A stretch of 64,000 bases of DNA. Origin: a plasmid. Position numbers and translations under genes: made by a program. The first letter of the stretch is position 1. Every line of letters begins with the position of its first letter. Positions 38,796 through 48,189 of this stretch are shown in pieces. Under the pieces are notes generated by a model. The model made no database searches and was not told the origin of the DNA. It worked only from the letters and a program-made list of their open reading frames with translations. The stretch lies in assembly GCF_056746865.1 (NCBI RefSeq), contig NZ_JBWKMP010000002.1. One strand, 5' to 3'.

Positions 38796-39653
38796 GTGAT
38801 GATGGAGATGGACTTTAAAATGCACAATGATCTGGGTCTCGGTTTCATTTGTAAAAATGCAAGAACATCGTCAAAGCCAACGTTAAGAAAAGTTACTTTT
38901 CCGGTAAGCGCATATGAAACGTCTAAGCTTTCTTTAACCGGTTTTCAATGCCCCACAGCCTGCCGTTTTCCTTTTTTTGTGCTATGCATGATAATCCATA
39001 ACCATCTTTCGTCTGCATGCCCTATCACCCAAAATGAATGTTCAAATCATATCTCGCAATTTTCTATCGACATTAAAGTACAAGATTGGCTTAGCCGTTC
39101 AAGAGTAGCGTTTATTGATTTCCATAATCTTAGAAATACAGATAAAACCACTTTAATAACAGTGAACCATCTTGAAGCTTTACTTACTGTTATGTCGACT
39201 ACTCTTGTCGCTTATGTTCCATATTCAAAAAAGAGACTAAACTTTAGCTTTCTAAACTCATTCACTTTGTCTAAAACTTCTCAAAGTTACACATTAACTT
39301 TCCCGGTAGTTCTCAGTCCGCTTTTAGATGCTCTTGGCGACTTCATTCAGGAATGCATAACCGAAAAATTGTTAAAACGACGAAATTCGAATTTCATGGT
39401 TTACGAGTATCTTAAACGTTCAGGCCAGAGCTCTCATAAAGTGGAGGACATTAATAACGACTTACAGCTTAAAAGTCTAAATATAAGACTTATGAGCGTC
39501 CTTACTGGCCTTTCTCAGCAAGGACTCATTTCATTTATTTGCGAAGGAAAGAGGGGCGACCGGAGAATAGAAGAGCTTCAGTTTATACCTTATGTTCAAC
39601 GAACTTACCCTGAGGTATTAACTTTTGAGGAATGGATTAGCCTAGTTGATTAG
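38796..39653 (+). CDS. Hypothetical protein with a possible Rep-like winged-helix C-terminus
   Basis: 285 aa. The C-terminal pattern VYEYL...LSQQGLISFICEGKRGDRRIEELQFIP resembles the Rep C-terminus LYIYF...LESIGYLDYQEVKKGRDIQFQIFK. Start uncertain, because a palindrome site lies at 38888. Confidence 0.4.
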   Translation: MMMEMDFKMHNDLGLGFICKNARTSSKPTLRKVTFPVSAYETSKLSLTGFQCPTACRFPFFVLCMIIHNHLSSACPITQNECSNHISQFSIDIKVQDWLSRSRVAFIDFHNLRNTDKTTLITVNHLEALLTVMSTTLVAYVPYSKKRLNFSFLNSFTLSKTSQSYTLTFPVVLSPLLDALGDFIQECITEKLLKRRNSNFMVYEYLKRSGQSSHKVEDINNDLQLKSLNIRLMSVLTGLSQQGLISFICEGKRGDRRIEELQFIPYVQRTYPEVLTFEEWISLVD

Positions 39654-39661
39654 AATTTACT

Positions 39662-40495
39662 CTATTTCAGCACGGCCAGTATTTCTGTTTCCGTTTTCCG
39701 TGTATTCGGCTTACTTCCTACGGATCGGTAAGCGCTGAGTCTGTGTATGACGAATCCACGCTCTTCATAGAGGCCCAAAGTGAATGATGTCAGGCTATTT
39801 GATATCGCAACAGCAGCGCCTTTTCTGTGAGCGTCAACGAGCATATTTGCTAACAGCACGTGGTCGCTTTGGCTGAACGGTTTACCATCGTAACTGACAA
39901 AACTAGTTTTGCTTGTTTTGTCATATGGCGGATCACAGTAAATCTGATCTCCTTCACCGGTTGCGGCCAGAGTCTCCTCAAAACCAGCGGTGATCAGTTC
40001 AATACCTGAAAGACGAAATGAAAGGTAGTCTATTTTATTGAGGTCAAGCTTCAGTTCTGTATGTTTCCCCCACGGCACTGAATAGATTCTTTCTGAGTTA
40101 TAGCGGCACATACCGTTATAGCCCAGGCGATTCAGGGAGTAAAACAAAGCCGCTCTTTGAAGCGATTGACCAGAAATACAGGTTTTGTTGAAACGGTCCC
40201 TCATCTCATAGTAGTCCTTTTCGACAAAGGTTTTATCCGCCAAGTTTTGGACCTGATTTATAAAGTTAGTTTTCTGTCTTTGAATAGTCCTGTATAGGTT
40301 GATCAAGTCTGGATTGCTATCTGCAAGCAATGCATTTTGTGCAAACATGTTCAGAAAAACGGCACCACCGCCTATAAAGGGTTCTACCCACCGGCAACTA
40401 TGATCGTGTGGGTAGTGATGGCTGATGAAAGGCATCAGTTTCGTTTTTCCACCAGCCCATTTGATTATCGGCATGTGTCTGAGATGTCGAGTCAA
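39662..40495 (-). CDS. dam: Dam-family N6-adenine DNA methyltransferase (GATC-type)
   Basis: 277 aa that aligns by eye with E. coli Dam along its length: IKWAGGK, VEPFIGGGAVFLN, LNRLGYNGMCRYN, and the DPPY motif IYCDPPY. Confidence 0.85.
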   Translation of the reverse strand: MTRHLRHMPIIKWAGGKTKLMPFISHHYPHDHSCRWVEPFIGGGAVFLNMFAQNALLADSNPDLINLYRTIQRQKTNFINQVQNLADKTFVEKDYYEMRDRFNKTCISGQSLQRAALFYSLNRLGYNGMCRYNSERIYSVPWGKHTELKLDLNKIDYLSFRLSGIELITAGFEETLAATGEGDQIYCDPPYDKTSKTSFVSYDGKPFSQSDHVLLANMLVDAHRKGAAVAISNSLTSFTLGLYEERGFVIHRLSAYRSVGSKPNTRKTETEILAVLK

Positions 40496-40843
40496 AGTGT
40501 CTATACCTGAGAGAGAAATTTAGGTGCTGGTATCGTACCTAACCACGGGCTTTAACTAATAACTTAGGGAGCAAAAAAAAGTTGTTTAAGACGCACAGTT
40601 TTGACTTTCAGCATTTCGGATTTATAAGATTTTTCCTCACTTATACCTGAACTTTATGTTTTGGATTTATGTATTTGTTTATGAAGCGATTTTTATGCCA
40701 TCACAAGTAATGGGGAGCCACCTTTTTTTGTAAAAAATCAGAATAGGCTCAAAAAGTACCTTTTTTGCGAAAAATTATGAATTTTTTTTTCGGTAGTATC
40801 CCCGCTACGCAGAAAGTAAGCAGAAAAATGTAACGGAGCCCCT

Positions 40844-42007
40844 ATGAGTGTTTTACTGACAGAACCTACACAGCAAGCTAATGACAAGGTCTTTAAAACG
40901 GCCCATGTTGCCTTTTCAGTAGTTACTGGCACAGGCCGTTACGTCACTGGGCTTAAAGAGTTCCGTGATGCAAACCCTGAACTTTGTACTGAAGTAAGTG
41001 ACCAGAAAGCATGGGCTATCCACCCTTCAGTAATTCAGGTCACGCCAGGCTTCAACTCCCGCGAAATGGGAATGGGTGACGATTACTATAAGCTCCCTGA
41101 GGTTGAAGAACACATCTACAACATCAAGAATGCCTACATTCGAGGTGACTATGTAGACCCTATCCGAGTACGTGTCATTGATGGGGTACCTTTTGTTCGC
41201 CAGGGGCACTGCCGTTTAAAAGCCGCAATGATGGCATGTGATGAAGATCATGACATCACAATCCTTTGCGTTGAGATTAAAGAAGATGAAATTGGCTGTG
41301 AGCTCGCGACCATTGATGGTAACCGTGGTCTTGCGCTTTCTCCTGTTGCGCTTGGCGAGTCCTATCGTCGCCTACATTCTCTTGCTGGCTGGTCACTCGA
41401 ACGAATTGCTCAACGTGAAAATAAAAGCCCGACGACCATCAGTTCTCTTATCCGCCTGACAACCTGTTCTGTTGTTATCAAGAAATGGATTCATGCTGAC
41501 GCTATTTCGTATGTTAACGTGCTTTCACTGATCGATGAGCTCGGCGAAACAGAAGCAATTTCACGTATCAAGAAGATGATCGCAGAACTTGAGCAGGCCG
41601 ATGCGAATGGCATCACGGTGAAAAAAACCCAACATGGTCAGGTACGAGTCAGACCTTCAGACTTCAAGCCAGCACGGATTCCGCCGGTTATTGCCACAAA
41701 AGCCGTAGAAGGCGTCAAACTCATCACCACCAGCTTATTACAGAAACTGGGGGATATTGAATTGCCGGAGCTGACAGATTCAAGTGCTGACGAAGAAATC
41801 AACATTACGTTGAACCGCAGTACTCTGGAGATGTTGAGAAATCTTTCAAAAGAGATCACAGAATCAGAGAACAAGCAGCTTCGCCGTGCGGAGAATCGTC
41901 AGGCAAAACTTAATGGTGAGAAGCCAAAATACCCACGTAAAAAAAATGCTAAGAAGGCAGGGGAAGAGACCGATCAGGATACTGACCCACAGCCGGACGC
42001 AGAATAA
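40844..42007 (+). CDS. ParB/KorB-like N-terminal-domain DNA-binding protein, second paralog
   Basis: 387 aa with GGAG upstream. It contains GFNSRE ... PFVRQGHCRLKAAMMA and has a K/E-rich acidic tail. Confidence 0.6.
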   Translation: MSVLLTEPTQQANDKVFKTAHVAFSVVTGTGRYVTGLKEFRDANPELCTEVSDQKAWAIHPSVIQVTPGFNSREMGMGDDYYKLPEVEEHIYNIKNAYIRGDYVDPIRVRVIDGVPFVRQGHCRLKAAMMACDEDHDITILCVEIKEDEIGCELATIDGNRGLALSPVALGESYRRLHSLAGWSLERIAQRENKSPTTISSLIRLTTCSVVIKKWIHADAISYVNVLSLIDELGETEAISRIKKMIAELEQADANGITVKKTQHGQVRVRPSDFKPARIPPVIATKAVEGVKLITTSLLQKLGDIELPELTDSSADEEINITLNRSTLEMLRNLSKEITESENKQLRRAENRQAKLNGEKPKYPRKKNAKKAGEETDQDTDPQPDAE

Positions 42008-42096
42008 TTTACTTTTGGCAAAGTGCTGGTTTTGTCAGAGTCATTAAGGATTCAGGCTTTTTGCCCGCCTTTTTTAAACCTCCATGTATCGTTCTT

Positions 42097-42123
42097 GCCC
42101 CGTTTATGCGGGGCTTTTTTTTT
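42097..42123 (+). terminator. Rho-independent terminator
   Basis: GCCCCG-TTTATG-CGGGGC hairpin followed by T9, 90 nt after the stop at 42007. Confidence 0.75.
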
Positions 42124-42254
42124 GCTTCTTTCTATGAGTTGACATCTTTAAGTTTTATTCAGAGACATAAAAAACTTTTTCGTGTCACTGAACCTATTAG
42201 GTTACTGAGCGACGTTGCTATCCTGGTAAAAGTTTTTTCTAAAGGACCGGTAAA

Positions 42255-43346
42255 ATGTCATCTCTTGATTCTGAAGCTAAACCCGATAATGCAGGTCACA
42301 GCGTACTGGCTTTAACAACCTCTCATAGCCTGGTGGTTAGCTCTCCTGAAACATTTCTTCCAGATATGCGCAAAGAGCTCGGCATTATCGCGGATCTTGT
42401 TGAGTCCTATAATGATGAACTCTGCTTGTTGAAACTCATGGCTGTCCAGTTCAAAACCCACAATCACCAGAAACTTTATTCTTATCTCTCAGGCTACAAC
42501 CACAGCATCTCAGAAGCGGATGCTTTGTTCGCAGAAAACGCTCTGAGATCAGAATACTGGAAATGCGTTATGGCACTCACTGATGTTTTGCCTATCATGT
42601 CGGATGCCAAACGTAACGAATGGGATAAGCAGTTTACGGCCGACCGTTATATTATGCCGCCTCAGGTGATCCCTGATTTCACAGCTGACGCTGTAGTGGG
42701 CACAGTCGTTGCTTTGCTTAATGACCGCAATCAATTTATTAAAGAAAGGGTTTACGACGTCTTCCAGTCTCTGAGCCGCAGTCACAAGACAAACAAAGCT
42801 TTTGGGTTCTCCACCCGCATGATCACTACCGGAGTTTGCGAGCCGTCTAAATACCCCTGGCAGAAATTAAGGGTGGATTTTAAAGAGTCTGGCATTTCAC
42901 CGCTGAGCGAGCTCCGCGTTATATGCGCATTCTTCCGTGGCGAACAGGTGAAGGCGATCCATAACACCAAATCATTGGTTGAGGCGTTGGTCGAACATGA
43001 GGGGTTCAGAAAATGGATCTGCATCGATGGCAACAGTATTCGTTTCAGGGTTTACAAAAATGGATCAATGCATATTGACGTCCACCCTGATATCGCCGAG
43101 CGGCTTAACAATATTTTATCAGCTATCGTACCGCTGGCATTACCTGCCGACCGTATGGCTCATAGCAAGAAATCTTTGGAGGCATTCCCTGTACTTAAGC
43201 AGTGCATCGACTTTGATACCCGGATGCAGCTTTCTGAACTGATGTTTAAAAATGACGGGGACAATAAATGGAGTTGCTGGACATCTTTAGGGTCTCTAGC
43301 CAACGCAAATCTTCGAGTGTTGCCGCTGACACCCTTCGGTTCTTAG
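42255..43346 (+). CDS. Hypothetical protein upstream of, and overlapping, a methyltransferase gene
   Basis: 363 aa with AAGGA upstream. No motif recognised. Its 3' end overlaps the start of the methylase reading frame by 79 nt. Confidence 0.5.
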   Translation: MSSLDSEAKPDNAGHSVLALTTSHSLVVSSPETFLPDMRKELGIIADLVESYNDELCLLKLMAVQFKTHNHQKLYSYLSGYNHSISEADALFAENALRSEYWKCVMALTDVLPIMSDAKRNEWDKQFTADRYIMPPQVIPDFTADAVVGTVVALLNDRNQFIKERVYDVFQSLSRSHKTNKAFGFSTRMITTGVCEPSKYPWQKLRVDFKESGISPLSELRVICAFFRGEQVKAIHNTKSLVEALVEHEGFRKWICIDGNSIRFRVYKNGSMHIDVHPDIAERLNNILSAIVPLALPADRMAHSKKSLEAFPVLKQCIDFDTRMQLSELMFKNDGDNKWSCWTSLGSLANANLRVLPLTPFGS

Positions 43347-43946
43347 GGGCAACAGTAACAAAATACGATGTGACATTTTCCTATGATCCGTGTGAGGTTA
43401 TTCGTTACATCGGCCAGATAGGGGAGATGCCTGATATTGTATCGCATCAGTTTTACCCTTCATCTTGCCGAATCAGCGAATATGATATCTTCCCTGCTTG
43501 GTGCAGGGGAAGGGGATACCCTCCTGGAGCCTAATATTGGCCATGCGGATTTGCTTAAATCATTCCCTGCCGGTGTGATCGTTACTGGCATCGAGCTTGA
43601 TACTTTGAATTGCCTTATCTCCCGGGCTAAGGGATACGATACGACAGAAGCTGACTTCCTCACATGGTCTAAGTCTAATCAACAGAAGAAGTTTGATTAT
43701 GTCGTGATGAACCCACCTTTTGCCGATAACCGGGCCAGGCTGCATCTCCAGGCAGCTGCATCTCATCTCGCAGCCGGGGGATCTCTAGCAGCCGTTCTTC
43801 CATTATCTCTTCAGGGGCTCGATAACCTTTTGGGGGAAGAATTCCGGACGGAATGGATGGACGTTTTTGAGAACGAGTTTGAAAACACGACCGTTTCGGT
43901 TCGCATCCTGTACGCCGAACGTATTCAACAAGAGGAAGTCCTATGA
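43268..43946 (+). pseudogene. N6-adenine (NPPF) DNA methyltransferase interrupted by one frameshift
   Basis: HQFYP (frame of 43268) continues as HLAESANMISSLLGAGEGDTLLEP ... VTGIELD ... FDYVVMNPPF (frame of 43437). Deleting one T near 43458 restores collinearity with the intact paralog at 56255..57016. Confidence 0.65.
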
Positions 43947-44119
43947 GCAACCAACCCACCAGCCTGCCAGAAGAAGATATTGAGTTTGTTATGGATACCT
44001 TTCAGAGGAGCATGGGTAAATCCAAGCCTGTCAGGGATACTCAACTAGAGGGTGAGAAACCGCAAAGTAAAGAGTCCGCAAACTCAACTGAAAACCCCGG
44101 TTATGAAGAATTCTATTAA
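43943..44119 (+). CDS. Small acidic hypothetical protein (below the ORF-track size cut-off)
   Basis: 58 codons, MSNQPTSLPEEDIEFVMDTFQRS... Its ATG overlaps the methylase TGA (ATGA coupling). Confidence 0.35.
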   Translation: MSNQPTSLPEEDIEFVMDTFQRSMGKSKPVRDTQLEGEKPQSKESANSTENPGYEEFY

Positions 44120-44167
44120 TTACGCTCATGATATCCTGGTGCAGTTATTTAGAATGATATTTGAGGG

Positions 44168-44629
44168 ATGGGGGACATTGTGATTAAAAGGCGTAACATT
44201 CGACGATCAGTTTATGGATTGCTTATTGTTCTTATCGCCGGAAATGTGTGGTTAGGCCTTAGAGCTGATAAAATTCATAAAGTGCGTTATCAGGATTTCT
44301 GGTCACCGGCAACTGTGATTAAAGTAACTGTAATGCCTTCAACGAATGAAACCCAGCTCAGTGGTAAAATCCCTAAATCGGTAAGAGTTTCAAACAATTA
44401 TGTTGAGTACTCGTTACCGGGCACACTCTCGGCCAAGACCATTTACCGAAGCGTGTTAGAAGATGAGATGCTCACTTTGCTTAATGCTGGAGGTCAACTT
44501 GAAGTTAAATACACTCTGGACAAGCAGACAAATCGAACTAAGGTATGCACTAAGTGCTTACGGGTGATTAAAGATATTAACCATCAATATTCAGCCACTG
44601 AGGTAAAGCATGGGCAGTCCAAAATTTGA
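44168..44629 (+). CDS. Membrane-anchored hypothetical protein
   Basis: 153 aa with N-terminal TM segment VYGLLIVLIAGNVWLGL. The start may be GTG 44180, which is better spaced from GAGGGA. Confidence 0.5.
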   Translation: MGDIVIKRRNIRRSVYGLLIVLIAGNVWLGLRADKIHKVRYQDFWSPATVIKVTVMPSTNETQLSGKIPKSVRVSNNYVEYSLPGTLSAKTIYRSVLEDEMLTLLNAGGQLEVKYTLDKQTNRTKVCTKCLRVIKDINHQYSATEVKHGQSKI

Positions 44630-44891
44630 AATTGCTGAGCAAATTAAAATGTGGATCGTTGTTTATCTAGTTTGCTTTTTAGCACTTTACTGTGTGTTAA
44701 GCGCTCTACATGCGCTTTATGATCCGCTAAATTTACCAGCCCTGACGTGGCCTATCAGCTGGTTCCTGGTGCCTGAAATGACAAGTTTTGGCAGTGCATT
44801 ATTAGCTTTTGTCCTAACGCCAGGCCTTTGCTCTATAATTGCTGTTTTATTCGGTAAGTCTATCTTTAAAAAAGCTAAAACAAAAATATAG
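44610..44891 (+). CDS. Small integral membrane protein
   Basis: 93 aa with three predicted hydrophobic helices. It overlaps the upstream gene by 20 nt. Confidence 0.5.
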   Translation: MGSPKFEIAEQIKMWIVVYLVCFLALYCVLSALHALYDPLNLPALTWPISWFLVPEMTSFGSALLAFVLTPGLCSIIAVLFGKSIFKKAKTKI

Positions 44892-44921
44892 AGTTAATTA
44901 GATTGGTGGCTCAGGTTTATA

Positions 44922-44950
44922 AAACCTCTCACTAGTGAGGTTTATTTTTT
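44922..44950. terminator. Bidirectional terminator hairpin
   Basis: AACCTC / GAGGTT stem (44923-44928 and 44937-44942) followed by TATTTTTTATTTT. It lies between convergent genes. Confidence 0.5.
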
Positions 44951-45341
44951 ATTTTTGGCTGAGATTAACAGCGTTTTCCATAAATGTATCAATAACAACC
45001 GTAAGAGACTGGCTGGTACCATGGCTATACTCAGGCCAGGGTAAAAAAGGATATGAAGAATACGCCATCAACATGATACTGGTTGGGCAACGCCAGTCCG
45101 TTGGAACACCTTTACTGTAATGGACAATCATAGCCGGGCGACTACAATCAATATCTCCAGCGTTTTTATCGAGTACGAAAGTAGCCAGAACGCCGGTGTC
45201 CTTCTGGGATACGAAAACAAGGCTGTCAGTAAAAATAAAGGCCATTAAGGAAGAGGCCAGGAAAGCGCCAGTAAATAAGGACTTCTTCTCTTTCCAAACG
45301 CGTCGAGCATATAACCCCATTAGCGCTACCGCTGAAACCAT
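44949..45341 (-). CDS. Hypothetical membrane protein
   Basis: 130 aa with two N-terminal hydrophobic segments. It is preferred over the overlapping 61-aa plus-strand ORF. Confidence 0.4.
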   Translation of the reverse strand: MVSAVALMGLYARRVWKEKKSLFTGAFLASSLMAFIFTDSLVFVSQKDTGVLATFVLDKNAGDIDCSRPAMIVHYSKGVPTDWRCPTSIMLMAYSSYPFLPWPEYSHGTSQSLTVVIDTFMENAVNLSQK

Positions 45342-45499
45342 TCCGTACCACTGATAACATTGGGTTTCCTCAACCTAGAAGTGATGGTTTCCCTGTTATT
45401 TTACATAAATTTGACTCAACAGATGCTTTTAAAATCTCGCTTCCTTGAATTTACAAACATATCAGCACAATTGGCAAACATAAAGGAGCAGCGTCTATC

Positions 45500-45577
45500 A
45501 AAAGTTACTTTTATGATTGGTTGAATACTCATTTTGAAGGCTAAAATCCAAAAAAGTGGATACAAAAAGTTACTTTT
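45500..45577. promoter_or_regulatory. Two copies of AAAAGTTACTTTT, 65 bp apart, upstream of Ig-like paralog A
   Basis: Perfect 13-mers at 45500-45512 and 45565-45577, which are 233 and 168 bp upstream of the ATG at 45733. Confidence 0.45.
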
Positions 45578-45732
45578 GCGTCATCCAGATGCACTGCCGC
45601 CATTTTGCATTCTGTACGTTGGTTGCTTTCTCACTTGATGTCTCTTTTAACAGGCAAATTATCACTTTATCCGACCGGACCTTGTAGGCTGAATCCGTAG
45701 AATAAGGCTATAACCTATTCCCGGAGCATCAT

Positions 45733-48189
45733 ATGCGTAAAACTCTAATTGGCTGCATGGTTGCAACTGCCCTTGCTACTGTATCTTCGGCACATGCTCA
45801 GGTATTTAGCTACTCATTTACAGATACCAATAAGGCTGTTCGGAATATCAAACCTGCAACACAAACATATCTTAATCCCGCTGGTGTTTTGACTCTGAAC
45901 TTGATATCGGGTCTTGATCGGTACGAGCGAGTGACGGTCACACGAGACAGCGATAAAAAGGTTATGTATTCCTCCGTCTCGACCAAAACGAGCGTTGCAG
46001 ATCGTATCGTTGCTGCCGATGGAACAGAATACTATGGAAAGGATATGGTTCTACCGGCGCTCGGAGAAGGGACCTTTACTGTAGTCAATGAAACTCTGGA
46101 TATTCGCCAGACTGTAGTGAGCACATCTACTTATCATTTCATCGTTGATACAACTCCTCCACGCTATAAGAGTATTTATCCGAGTCAAAACGCAGGTTAC
46201 GACATGGTACTTTCTGGGCCACTTTGGGAGTTGGGCCGAGGCGGTAGTGGCCAGTTTTCTATATTTGCAGACGGTATTGAGGATGCTAGTGGAATTGACA
46301 AGATCCGTCTTGTCATTAAACGAAGTAATGGTTCTGTGGTCTCCGACAATAACCTGAGTTATGACACAGCCAATAAACGTGCGTTCTATCCGTGGATTAA
46401 AGATATGAACACCCAGGCTGGCATGCCCTCAAGTGATCTTGATGAAGAATTCACCTTCAATTTCATCGTTACGGACCTGGCAGGAAATACGCTTAACATT
46501 CCTCCCCAGCGGTTTTTATATGACGATCAAATGGGAGAATTTACGCCATTTGCAGTTCATGACTCACGTGTAAGCACCAGTGTTGTACCCGGCATTTCTT
46601 CGGGATACGTCCCGTTTAAACGAGGCCTTACAGTGCTGGAAAACCCCTACAAGTTGGTTATACGTATCCCAAGAACTAACTGGAAGCCATATCGAAATGG
46701 TGGCATGAGCATTACCAATAACTATGGCGGAGTACAGGTCCTTTCCGAAGATGCCACCTATGTCTACGTGGAAGTTAAGCTGCCACAGGGTGCCTTAGAT
46801 GGAAACTACTATAGACCTGTGAATACATATCAATGGTCTGGAGGAGATCTTGGTCAGTATGCCAGCTGGCTCAACTGGGATCCTGCCTCTGTAAAGAGTC
46901 CGGCTTGGGGAAGTTCACCCATAGAACGACAAAAGGCTGATGGAACATGGTTCAACAGCGTAAACTGGAACCTGTTCAAGGCATCTGATATGCCTATAAA
47001 ACTTACTAATATCCGATTCAATGTACAGGCCAGGCCATATGATCAAAAAATCACTGGCGGAGCAACATGCAGTATTCCAGCTGGCTCAACAACCTGTACC
47101 GTCTCTTTGCCCCAGGATATTATAAATGGCACTACCGGTTATCTTCATAGTGGCTATGAAGTAAGGTCAACCACCGAAGCAACCTTCTTTGCCCCTATAT
47201 GGGAGAATATAGCCTGGCATACACTGGGTCCCTCCGTCACTGGATTTGATTACAATGAAACCACCAACATTCTCCAGGTTTACGTGAATCAACCTGGAGA
47301 TGGTTCATATTTCGACCATGTTTATGTAAATCGAGTTTGGTTGTCAGATAAAAACCGTAACAACGCAGAAATAAGCGTAACCGGCAAACAAACAGGTAGA
47401 AATATGGCGTCTGGGAACTACACGTATGAGTTCAACATGAAAGAGGTACCAGAAGGCAGTTATAACGTGGTGATTAATGCCCAAGATACATTCAACAATA
47501 CCGGTAACCTCCCTTATCAAACAGTTGTCGTTGATAATACAGCACCATCTGTAAGTATTAGCTACGAAGGAAAACCGATCAGCAAAAACGTAACAGTATA
47601 TGGGCTGGAGAACGTCCGTATACAGCTCACCGATGCTCTAACTAAACCATCCTTAAGCCGTATGACTCTTCGCGGTGGCCCTGTTTCTGATGCGGTGGAA
47701 TTGTCTTGGGTGAATCTGGGAAACAACCTGTATGCACCTAATTATCCCAAGATCTTTCCGTCTCTTAATGAAGGCGAAACATACACTCTCACAGTTCAGG
47801 CCAAAGATGAGATGAACAACGTTAAAGAAAGCTCAGTCGAATTTAACTACCTTCCAAACAATCTCGTCAGGCTAGAGAATCTGAAAACCTTAGCTGTCAA
47901 TGCTTCTCTCAAAACATCTGACAATACTGCTCTGGCTGTTCTGTATGCCAGCCAGCTGCGTAAAAAGGATGGTTCAATCGCTACAGGGCTTCAGGACGCA
48001 GTGCTTACTGTCCGTAAGGACGCTGCATTCGGCGTGACTGTAAATGGCGTTTCTGCGATGCCAGGTGAAAGCAAAGAGCTTCAACTGGATTTGGGGCTCG
48101 GGGACAGCCGTAGCTTTCCTATTTTCCCTGCTGTATCCGGCCTTACTGGCAGATCTGAGTTCATGATTAACATTGAAGAATTAAAATAA
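45733..48189 (+). CDS. Secreted ~810-aa beta-rich (Ig-like/adhesin-like) protein, paralog A
   Basis: 818 aa with signal peptide ...LATVSSAHA. Conserved N-terminal (F-DTN, LISGLDRY, LPALGEG, VDTTPP) and C-terminal (YLPNNLV-LENLKTLAV ... TVRKDAAFG) blocks are shared with paralogs B and C. Confidence 0.7.
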   Translation: MRKTLIGCMVATALATVSSAHAQVFSYSFTDTNKAVRNIKPATQTYLNPAGVLTLNLISGLDRYERVTVTRDSDKKVMYSSVSTKTSVADRIVAADGTEYYGKDMVLPALGEGTFTVVNETLDIRQTVVSTSTYHFIVDTTPPRYKSIYPSQNAGYDMVLSGPLWELGRGGSGQFSIFADGIEDASGIDKIRLVIKRSNGSVVSDNNLSYDTANKRAFYPWIKDMNTQAGMPSSDLDEEFTFNFIVTDLAGNTLNIPPQRFLYDDQMGEFTPFAVHDSRVSTSVVPGISSGYVPFKRGLTVLENPYKLVIRIPRTNWKPYRNGGMSITNNYGGVQVLSEDATYVYVEVKLPQGALDGNYYRPVNTYQWSGGDLGQYASWLNWDPASVKSPAWGSSPIERQKADGTWFNSVNWNLFKASDMPIKLTNIRFNVQARPYDQKITGGATCSIPAGSTTCTVSLPQDIINGTTGYLHSGYEVRSTTEATFFAPIWENIAWHTLGPSVTGFDYNETTNILQVYVNQPGDGSYFDHVYVNRVWLSDKNRNNAEISVTGKQTGRNMASGNYTYEFNMKEVPEGSYNVVINAQDTFNNTGNLPYQTVVVDNTAPSVSISYEGKPISKNVTVYGLENVRIQLTDALTKPSLSRMTLRGGPVSDAVELSWVNLGNNLYAPNYPKIFPSLNEGETYTLTVQAKDEMNNVKESSVEFNYLPNNLVRLENLKTLAVNASLKTSDNTALAVLYASQLRKKDGSIATGLQDAVLTVRKDAAFGVTVNGVSAMPGESKELQLDLGLGDSRSFPIFPAVSGLTGRSEFMINIEELK

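Noticed and set aside
42061-42315. 84-aa ORF between the ParB-like gene and the 363-aa gene.
   Set aside because: It has a TTG-type start, spans the strong GCCCCG/CGGGGC-T9 terminator and overlaps the next gene start.
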